NCBI GenBank assembly: GCA_951406725.2
Contig: OX597822.1
Location: 43,420,001 to 43,482,000, forward strand
Length of the DNA: 62,000 nucleotides
From: Octopus vulgaris
Lineage: Eukaryota
Direction of reading: 5' to 3'
Under the pieces are notes generated by a model, which saw only the letters and a list, made by a program, of their open reading frames with translations, was not told the origin of the DNA and made no database searches. The position numbers and the translations under genes are program-made. Positions 49,085-62,000 of this stretch are shown piece after piece (position 1 is the stretch's first letter; each line of letters starts with the position of its first letter).

Positions 49085-49285
49085 CTTTTCTGCTATAGGC
49101 ACAAAACCTGTATTTTGCGGGTAGGGGGTCAGTCGATCACATCGACCCCATTACTCAACTGGTACTTAATTTATCGTCCCGAAAGGATGAAAGGTGAAGT
49201 CGATCTCGGCGGAATTTGAACTCAGAATGTAGCGATGGGCGAAATACTGCGAAGCATTTCGTCCAGCGATTCTGCCAGCTCGCCG
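49085..49285 (-). mobile_element. SINE family A (tail 2)
   Basis: Full-length reverse complement. Confidence 0.8.
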
Positions 49286-49289
49286 GTTC

Positions 49290-51259
<1,970 letters not shown>

Positions 51260-51268
51260 AATAATAAA

Positions 51269-51321
<53 letters not shown>

Positions 51322-51324
51322 TAA

Positions 51325-51520
51325 CAGAGCTCTGAAATCTATCCACAAACATCGAAAACAAGGACATCGTATGAAACCAAAGATTTACTAACAAAGGATT
51401 GGACTGTACCCGAGTAAGTAATGCCATCAGAGCATCACAACAAATCACAGCATATACCTAAGGCACACAGAGCTGCACTCGGTAGTGAAGTGAAAGCACG
51501 CTATAAAAATAAAACTACTG
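51325..51520 (+). mobile_element. Dong-like subfamily 1 3'UTR (51424-51520) preceded by ~100 bp of unrelated sequence
   Basis: ccatcagagcatcacaac...aaaactactg matches 47245-47342. Confidence 0.75.
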
Positions 51521-51544
51521 AATGATAATAATAATAATAATAAT

Positions 51545-52098
51545 ACATTGGAAGCTATGCCAACATTATGGAATAACAACAGAAAAAAGATGGTATAGGC
51601 ACACACCAGAAAAGGTCACAGAAAACGAGAAAGCAATCATACTCTGGGATATGCCGATACACACAGATAGAGAAATTAAGGCCAACAGACCAGATATAGT
51701 TGTCAGAGATCATGAAGAAAAAATGCTTTCTAATTGATATATCAATACTGGCAGATGACAACGTTTCTCTAAAAGAAATGGAGAAACTCTCAAAATACAA
51801 AGGCCTGGAAATAGAGGTAACCAGAATGTGGAATCTAAAAACAGAAACAATTCCTATCATAGTAGGTGCATTAGGCATGATAAAAAAATATTCAGACAAA
51901 TACATAACAAAAACACCAGGACTTACAAACACATATAACATACAGAAAATTGCACTACTAGGCACTGCACACATCCTACGCAGAGCACTTTCCATACAAT
52001 AACCATCAGAGCATCACAACAAATCACAGCACATACCCAAGGCACACAGAGCTGCGCTCGATAGTTAAGTGAAAGCACGCTATAAAATAAAACTACTG
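51545..52098 (+). mobile_element. R4/Dong-like 3' fragment, subfamily 1 (RLE domain plus 3'UTR)
   Basis: Near-identical by eye to 46785-47342; RPDIV intact; flanked by (AAT)n. Confidence 0.95.
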
Positions 52099-52117
52099 AA
52101 TAATAATAATAATAATA

Positions 52118-53230
52118 AGTAGTAAAGTCAAGTTCAATAGAATTAGATGTCGAAACAATAATAAAGGAACTTGAGCAGGAACAAACCTATAAATACCTAG
52201 GAATAAATGAAGGCTCTGGTATCCAGCATGCAAGTATGAATGAGAAAGTTAGGAAGGAATGTTATAAAAGAGTACGAGCAATCCTGAAGTCTGAGCTGAA
52301 TGCATATAATAAGGTGTTAGCCATAAATTTCTTAGCAGTCCCAGTTGTTCTTTATAGCTTCAATGTACTTAACTGGAATACCAGTGAAATAATGAAAATT
52401 GATAGAAAAATCCGCAAGGTACTGACTTGTAATAAGAAGCACCATCCAAAGGCAGACGTGGATCGTCTTTACCTTCCTAGAGCTCAGGGACGTCGAGGTC
52501 TGATCCAGCTTGAACTTACATACAAGACCATCACAATCGGACTGGCCAAATACCTTGAAGCAACTAACGATTGGATGCTAAAACTTGTTGAAAAACATGA
52601 AAGACCGAAAAACTTCACTCTATTTTGAAAGAGAGCAAAAAAATCGCTACTGATGTCTTAGATACCTCCCAGATTGATCAGGTTGAAGGAAATACGCCAA
52701 CTGATGCTGCAAAGAAAATAAGATTAATTGAAAAGACAAAAGCTAATAAACCGGATATTATTATAAAAGATCAGACAAAAAAGATGTGTTTATTAATTGA
52801 CATGAGTATTCCTTGCGATCACAATATAGAGGCGAAAGAATATGACAAGATCAGTAAATATAAAGATTTGCTAATAGAAATTGAAAAAAATTTGGCATAT
52901 CAATGCGACTACAGCACCAGTGATTATAGGATCTCTAGGAATGATAAAAAAAGGTAATGAAACCTGTTTGAAAATGATGCCAGGCTTACCATTCCTACAG
53001 GAGATGCAAAAAATCGTGTTAACTGGTACGGCTCATGTACTGAGAAGAGCATTTTCGCCGTGAAAACGACATCCATTCATAAATTTATTTATTTATTCAT
53101 TTTTTAAATGCATATTTACCTGTGAATTTGCGTGTGTAATCTGGGAATGCATACGATGAGCTTCTCTGCCCTAGGTGTACAGAAAACACTCGGCGAGAAA
53201 CGGAAGAAAATTTGAAGAAAGAAGGAAAAA
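52118..53230 (+). mobile_element. R4/Dong-like 3' fragment, subfamily 4, with internal deletion
   Basis: YKYLG...HPKADVDRLYLPRAQGRRGL...ANKPDII..LIDMSIP..KISKYKDL...LTGTAHVLRRAF; the CCHC region is missing. Confidence 0.9.
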
Positions 53231-53269
53231 ATAACAATAATGATAATAATAATAATACTAATAATAATA

Positions 53270-53361
<92 letters not shown>

Positions 53362-54140
53362 GCCCTGATGCAGTACCAGGCAGTGGCTCTCATGGCTTCT
53401 TATCTTAACTGATTGCAAGTGTTATCATGTACATTGTTTTGTCTTGGTATAAAAGATGGGCTACAGCAAATATTCTGCTCAATACCACTGATTTGCTTGT
53501 CAGTTGTTTGACCTTAACCAGTTGACTATGTTCCTTAGTGGCTGACGATATGTGCATCTCTGATCATGAGCAGAAGTTGTGGGGGAGCATCATACCTGTT
53601 TGTTGAGAGGGATTCTTTGGGGTTTGAATAAGTCACCTCTGGAATATGGGTGTTTCGTTCAACATCCTAAAGCAACCCTTATTCAGGGACCTTTTGAGCA
53701 GGATGGGCTACTCAACCTGAAGAAAATTCTAACTGGGCCCCACCTGCAAGGTCATGTGCTGTTTATCTTGATATGAGTTCACCATGTCGCGCACATATGG
53801 TTGTGATGCATGTGCCTGGTGTACCTTCATCAGACGGGTAGTCATGATGGGTATATTGGGTATATGATGGGTATATCAACATTCTTAGACAACCCTTATT
53901 CAGGGACCTTTTGAGCGGAATGGATTATTCGACCAAAAGAAAAAAAAACTTCTAAGTGGGCCCCACCTGCAAGGTCATGTGCTGTTTCTTTTATTAATAT
54001 GAGATCACCATGTCGCGCACATATGGTTGTGATGCATGTGCCTAGTGTATCCTTATTAGACGGGTAGTCATGATGAGTATACTGGGCTTCGTATATTTTA
54101 CCCCAGTGTCACTTTGATGGCATGCACTGCTCTCTCACTC
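53362..54140 (+). mobile_element. 555-bp element copy with ~220-bp internal duplication
   Basis: Same ends as 50705-51259; segment acaacccttattcagggacc...gggtagtcatgatg occurs twice. Confidence 0.85.
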
Positions 54141-54320
<180 letters not shown>

Positions 54321-56399
54321 AATCTTAGGATATTTTTGTACCAGAGATTATTTTATCAGTTTGGTTTGGAGGAAGGGATTGAGAGCATGGCCTGTTGGAA
54401 TGATCAATGCCGAAATAGCTCTCGTCAAATATTCGCTGGATCAAGGCTGGGTAAGGGTTAAACAGCAGCAGTACCTGCACCAATAACAGCAGCAGCAGCA
54501 ACAGCTCCCCACATATGGTAATGAATTAGAAATTAAGAAAGTATAGCTATGTGGTTAAGAAGTTCGCTTTGGAACCACAAGTATTCCGATTCAGTCTCAC
54601 TGTACAGGTACTTTGGGAAAGTATCTTCTACTACAGCCCCAGGCCGACCAATTTCTTGTGAATGAGTTTATTAGACAGAAACTATATGGAAGTGTACCGC
54701 CTGGAAAGTTTTAGTCCAGCAAATCAAACTACTGCTCATTTTGAAGTCTGATAAATATTCTGCAAAGTTACGAGAAGGTAAACGAATCAGTTCTTTTTTT
54801 TATCAAGTTCTGTGGGGCACGAAGCAAAAACACAAAGTCAGACAGACAGACCCACATATGAAAGACATATAGAATAACTATGAGGCTTAAAAATAAGAAC
54901 TGAATAAGAAATGAAGTCAGTTTACTCCACTAAATAGTTCAAGGCGGTACCCCAGCATAGTCGCAGTCCAAAGACTGAAATAAGTAGATGAAAAATATAA
55001 AGGAAATTCTGTTCACTATATTCAAAATGAGATGACAAAGAAGAAGAGGAACACACAGAAAAGAGGAAAAATCACACAAATGATGTATACACGCTCACCC
55101 CTCATCACTTATGGACCAAACGCCGTTACAATTTCAACACGATATCAATAAAATTGTTCAAGTTGGTGGCGTCAACACTAAAAAGCTGCCGGGGTTATAA
55201 ATCAGCGAAAATGTAGGACAGAACGAGACAAGCACGAACAAACAACAAAGTACAAACAAGAAAGGAGGAAAAACGATTTTGATTCATTCAATATTATATT
55301 AAAACTAAAGTGGTAGCGGTTGTCCGGAAAATATAAGTGTGGGTTCTGAGATTTTTGGAAAATCGTTTAATGGGTTCCACAATGAAATCAGTTGGTAACT
55401 TCTGTAGTAGGTGATTGGTCTGACTCAATTAAATGCCATTGAAGCTTCACCATTTATTACATAGTTGTTACGTTAGAGTTAATATAGTTTGAGTAGACTT
55501 ATTGATTAAATGTTTTATACGGATGAAATCTAGGGTGCTTCATACAGTTTATTAACTGTTTCTAAGTAAGAAAAAGAAGATAAGAAAGTAGGAGGGGGGA
55601 GTAAGAAAGAAGGAAAGAGAGAAAGTGTGAGGCGGGAGGAAAGGGAAAAAAGGGAGAAATGAAAAGGCGAGAATAAAAAGGAACTAAAATGATTTTTAAA
55701 AAGAAAAAAAAGATTAATAAAGAAAAGTAAAATAGCAGAAGTAAGAACACCAACAAAAAGAAGAGAATTAACAGAGGATCAGTCATTCAAATTTTGCCCC
55801 GAAGTATTATTATATGGAGAGGCAGGGAGATAGGAAGAGCGAGGATGAGAGCGGGAGAAAGTGAGACCGAGGAAAAGGAACAGAAAGAGGGAGAGAGAGA
55901 GAATGAGAGAAGAGAGTGAGAGAAAAACTAAGTCAGTTATACTGGAACAATTTGTTTACGATCACAGCTATCAACATATCAAGTTATCGTCGATATCTAA
56001 ACCTTGAATCAAAATGGCGAAACTTCACTTTTTCGGCTTTTTATTTTTTTTCTACGTGGAAGGCGACAGAGATCAAATTACGTCATTTGATCCGCTATCT
56101 AATTTTTTTACCATGTTTTCAAACCTTCAAGTCATTTAATATTATATTAATATAATGAAGATCTTCTGATCGTTTATTATGTGTGATTATATGTATGTAC
56201 GTACACACGAACATACACGTAAATGTATGTGTATGAATGAATGTATGTGTGTATGTATGCGTCTACATGTGGCTTTAGATCACGACATTTATTTCTGTGT
56301 GTGTGTATAAAAGTAAAGTACGTGTCTGTGTATGTATACATGCGTGTGAGTGCATTTATGTCTGTATATATATATATATACATATGTATACACATATTC

Positions 56400-57026
<627 letters not shown>

Positions 57027-57692
57027 GCGGAATTGAAAATTAGGTCAATCAAGAATCGGATATCGAGGAATATGAGCGGAATGTTTATAATAATGGCCGT
57101 TTGTAACTATTTGTTGTTGCTGTTGTTTTAATCTGACTCTATTATGAGCGAATGCATTACAACAATGAATATCTCGTCTTTTTATAATCCTATTCGTTTT
57201 TGATCAAAATTAGCGGCTCCGATTTATATTACACAATGTAACACGGTGTTTGTTCTAGGGTAGCAACTGTTATTTCCTATTTGCTCACCCATAGAAAGTA
57301 TAGAAATAGCTCGCTTTTCCTTCAAAATTTGTTTTTGTTTCATTTACTAAAATCCCAAAGATTCCTCTCTCATCACATGGCTACGATGCTTCCCCCACTA
57401 CTTCTGCTCGTGAGCAGAGATGCACATATTGTCAGCCACGGAGGGGCAGGCTCAAGTGGTTACGGTCAAGCAACTGATACACAAATCTGTAGTATTGAAC
57501 AGAATGTTTGCTGTAACGATATTTCTGCTTTAGCAAATCAGCACTAAATCTGACTGAAATATAATGGAAAATAGATCAATTTCAAAACATTGATGTCAGA
57601 TCACAGTAGCAAAGTTTGAAGGGAATAGTAGTCATTTCCTTTGATTTTTAGATAGAATCAAATAGGAAATAACAATTACTGACCAAAATAAT

Positions 57693-58261
57693 TATTGGGT
57701 GTCAGGAAAGTTCATGCCAATTTATAGTAGCTTACCTTTCGAATTATTTTAGAACATGGTTGAGTCCAGAAAATAGGATTTGACTATATCTCCATTTAGA
57801 GCACAGTTTAAGCTATCTTTTCGTGGAAGAAGGTCTATGTTCCTATAATCTGTGTTAATTCTGTAACCATTTAAAATGGGAGATAAGAAAGTTCATTTTC
57901 GGCACTTGATGCTTTGGGAACCAGACAAAAATTGCTGCTGCTCAGCTGGGATGTGTTACCCCACCCTCCATATTCACCAGGTATTGCTCCTTCGGATTTC
58001 CACTTATTCAGGTCTCTGCAGAATAGTCTTAATGATAAAAATTTCAATTCCTTAGAAGACATAAAAAGATACCTTGATGAATTCTTTGCCAAGAAGCCAC
58101 CTCAATTCTGGGAAGAGGGTATTTTCAAGTTAAAGGCAAGATGGAGACGCATCGTGCAACAAAATGGTTTATATTTGGTTGATTAAAATTGTAATGGCAA
58201 GTATTTATAGACCTTTTTCTTTCCTTTAAAAGTCGGTACGAAATTTCCGGACAACCTAATA
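57693..58261 (+). mobile_element. Internally deleted mariner element with both TIRs
   Basis: TIRs tattgggtgtcaggaaagttc / gaaatttccggacaacctaata; N-terminus MGDKKVHFRHLMLW fused to C-terminus TRQKL..WDVLPHPPYSPGIAPSDFHLF..WEEGIFKL..RWRRIV..NGLY. Confidence 0.9.
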
Positions 58262-61200
58262 AATAAAGAAAAGACTGTGTTATCCAAACTTTCTCCTTTT
58301 AAAAGGCCGCAAAATGTTCTTTGGGGCAAAGAAGCTTTTAGAATAAAAGTATGTATGACTAACAGGAAGCTCAAGTGATAAACGATGCGTTTGAGAAGAG
58401 AAGCAGGTGACACGTGTTAAGGTCTTGACTGAGAATCGTCGACCTGAAAGTTCACCCAAGTAATGACAATGGATATATTTACAGAAAAGAGAACTGAGCT
58501 GCATTCCGACAATGAGCCAAAAAGAAAGAAGAGGAGCTACCGGTCATAACTCAATTCGCAATTCGAAGAAACAAAATACTCACAGGAAGAGTTAATAATT
58601 TCTAGTTTATAAGATTATCTTTGGCGACTTAAGTTGCTGTGACTTTCATCCTGTACCACAATCAATCATACTCCAGGCTCAGCTTTGTGTCCACACCTCA
58701 GACAGTGTTTAGATTTCTCATTGTTTATTTTCTAATTTATTAAATTTGTTTTTATGCATTTTCATATGTTGACCGTTTTAGAATGATATTTTGTAGTTTC
58801 GTATACTGTATAGTTTTTAGCTTTTTCGCAATTTCATCGTTGATTTCCTCTCTTTTCACAGCTGTCTGTTACTTCAGCTACTGTTTTATATTTGTTGGCT
58901 TCCCAGAAGACAAAAAACTTTTGTTTTGTATGTGTTTTGTAGCTATTTGTAATAATTTTCAATTTATTTTTTTGCTATTGTTCTTTACAAAGCGCAGCTG
59001 AAGAAAAAAGCATTTCTATTTGAATGAGTTTCTTCAAGGAGATTCCATTTGAAACACTTTGGATGTCTCTTCACACCGGGAATGACATGAGGTTTGTTTG
59101 TTTTGGATACTTTTTAACATAAATTTATTTTGTTTAGATTCAACTTAAAATGGCTTCTTGCCAAAAGGAAGAAAACCCCACCCAACAAGATATTTGAAAT
59201 CAACACATCAGCATAGAAGAAAAGAAAGAATAGAAATTTAATTACACAGCAGAACATCGGTATTCAACACGGAAAACTTAATGACCTTTTGACATATAAT
59301 AATGATATTAATTGGAAAAATTTCAACGATATAATTAACAAAAACGACAACAATAATGAATAACAACAATGCAAACTCTTAGTTTGCCAAATGAAGAAAA
59401 AAAGGAAAAAATAAGTCAAGCGACAAAAGTAGGATTGTCTGTTTTTCTTTTGCTCATGCTGCTAATGATACAGAATTGCTGGATATATATTCTCTGAGAC
59501 AAAATATGCTTGGAAGTATTGCGTGACCAGAGAGGGTGCTTCTCTACCTGAGATTTTCATCCAAGATTGAGAAAAGAATGCCTGTAGAGGATTGCATGCT
59601 AGATTTAAAAAAACTAAGAACGATTGAAGAAGAAAACTGTGTTTGTTCCCTTCAAACCTACCCATAGACTAATGTTAAAATATGCGTAATAACGTAATAG
59701 GAGTGACAAAATGGTGGAAGTTGGCAATGATGGTGGATCGCTGGTATGTTTGTAGGCTAGCAAATCCGCCACTATATAAGTTATAAACTGTTATGGCAAT
59801 GAAGAACTCACTTGAAATCACCGTCGGAAATAAATAAAAATAGTCAAATCTCGCTGAAACAAACTTTGCGAAGACGATAATACGGAGCTCAACAGCATCC
59901 ACTAACCTCCACCCTCCGCCTCAAAATTGCTACGCGTCTGCCTAAAAACTGGCAGAGATGAAAGAATATATGATAATTAGGGTTTTTCTGGTATTTGATG
60001 TTTAAGAGTGTCATTTGTTATTACATTCAAAGCCCCGATGGTTTCAAGTACGGATGTCGTTCTTAGAATCCTCATTTTAAAACCGCTAATTTAAGGTCAG
60101 TTTATTTACTTAGCTTTTCCAATGATTTTACAAAATTGTTGGCGTCTCCTGGGATTGATTTATCGCGGAAGTGTCAGCAGATGGAACTGTTGGAGGTCCA
60201 CGTTTTGCGACGAAACCATATTGCTTTTACTCACGTAGCGTCCAAGCATTTATGACTCGTTGAGTTATGTCGAACAGCTGTCATCGCATGCAGGAAGAAA
60301 CTGACTTTCGGCCGAGTCCATTATGAGGACTGCTCTGACACCTTTAAAAAGGCAGAACAGGCGGTGTTCCTCTCTCTATTGGCTATAGTTGTGTGACAGA
60401 CGAGGCTAAAATTACTGAAGAAAGTCACTTTTGTTCTTCGGCGGAGCTCTCATCGTTATCATAAAGAAAGTGCTCTCTTTCTCTCTCTCTCAGTGGGTTT
60501 GTCAAAAAGTGGGTGATTGTGGCAAAAGAAAGGTTTCAGTGAAAGGTGCTACTCTTAGCATGCACCTGTAGATTGGATGAAAATTCATGACTTTGTTGGT
60601 CAGGGTAATTCTGGATCTATGGATCCTGTGATTGCCCTTAGTTGGAATGTATCAGAAGGACTGCATCATTCGTGTTATATACTGTAAATATGTATAATGA
60701 TATGTATTCTTCTATCACATTTCATCATCTTTCCCGCTTTCTTTCTCCTCAGCGTTTATATAACCCACCACCCATAAATTGAAGATCGTCCTTGTCATGT
60801 GCCCCTCATGTATGCCCCTGTGGAACATAAAAGAAATCATCATCATACAAAGATAACAAACAAAAAAACAAAAACAATTGCAGTGTGGAAGCTGTTTATA
60901 AGCCATTTAAGAAACACAAAAAAAACGTTAGATTCACTTCAACATTTAAATTTAATTTGCCAAAATATTTTCGTCAATTTGAGACCGCGACCTGTTCACT
61001 GACACAATACCGTGCTGTTTTCGTTCCAGCACACGATCTTAGATCAGGTCACTTGCTATGCAAGTACATCTCCGTAATTCCCAAAACACAAAAAGGAAAC
61101 TCTTTTATAAAGAGTAATTTTTATATTTGCTTGTTGCAAGGTCAGTGACTGGTTGTCACTTATTTTCTATACACTACAAGCTGGAGCGAACTACTGCCGT

Positions 61201-61884
61201 ATGTAGCGGACGGGTATCCACCACCGAGAAGGATGAGCACAAAAAGCTCGAAATCGTATGGTTTGGTGGTCGTGTCGCTTGAAAATATTAGGGGTTCGCT
61301 CCCCTGCTTGTAATATATATTGGGTGCAGATTGCCTCGAATAGCCATTCTTCTTTAAATCTTCTTTGTGTCTTGCTTGTGTCATCATGGCCTCCTCAAAT
61401 ACTTTCACTCCACTTCACTCCTGGCGGGGTTAAAATGGTAGTAACGTCAGTTCCTACAGGACAGCCATATTGAAGTGGCGATAAACATTTTTTGTCAGTA
61501 CAGTTACTATTTTCATCTTTTATAGAAATTTTCTAAAGTTTTTATATTTATTTTCACTTTACATAAGTACATCCTAAAATATTTGTTAGTCTCTCATACA
61601 ATTAAATTTACAATCTCGTTATTGAAAAGTGCCGTAAAATATTCACTTCCCTTTGCATCCGGCATGAGCATAAATTCATTTGTGATTTCCACATTGCACA
61701 AATGTACATCAATTAATGGCCTCCGCTGTTCTCTAATGAAACTTCAATTGTTAATGTCCGCCACTTACGACTGAATCCAAGACAGCGTGTCTGATTCCAC
61801 TTGTATCATATTCCATACAATAACGGCTGTAATTCTTCTGTAGATTCCAGCCATTGAGTGAATGGAAGCTTAGGTTACAATATA

Positions 61885-62000
61885 CAGGGTGATTCAAAAG
61901 TCACCATACATAGGAAAAAAATTTTTGTAGGAAACAGTTAAATAAAAAAAAAACTATTTATAATTAAAAAGTAAATTGCTCTTATGTATGGCGACTTTTG
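61885..62000. mobile_element. Short Tc1/mariner-type MITE running off the window end
   Basis: TA-CAGGGTGATTCAAAAGTCACCATACATAGGA; 61980-62000 is the reverse complement of 61895-61915 at 19/21. Confidence 0.7.

Noticed and set aside
59460-59670. Possible exon after a pyrimidine tract and AG
   Set aside because: In-frame stop, no convincing donor site, no recognisable domain.
61160-61408. 82-aa minus-strand ORF
   Set aside because: Non-ATG start, no recognisable motif, no splice support.

Overview
Eukaryotic, AT-rich, extremely repeat-dense window in which I can identify no host protein-coding gene. The microsatellite load ((TA)n, (CA)n, (TATC)n, (AAT)n) and the tRNA-derived SINE families look like an Octopus (cephalopod) genome; this is inference by pattern recognition and needs a BLAST check. 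Almost all ORFs in the track are microsatellite artefacts. Recognisable content: three CR1-type LINE 3' fragments, an L1/Tx1-like ORF1 relic, Tx1-like ORF2/3'UTR fragments embedded in (TATC)n, an RTE endonuclease relic, a 43-54 kb nest of six R4/Dong-like RT-RLE retrotransposon pieces in (AAT)n, a DD37D (maT) and a mariner transposon relic, pogo/mariner MITEs, non-autonomous Helitrons, degenerate hammerhead-like cores and many SINEs. The most interesting signal is a set of apparently microsatellite-targeted retroelements and partners: (i) a Tx1-like family whose copies all sit in (TATC)n and whose 3' end is shared with a SINE that nests at two fixed sites in its own family; (ii) Dong-like LINEs plus a precisely bounded non-coding 555-bp element, all co-oriented in (AAT)n arrays, some of which are SINE tails.
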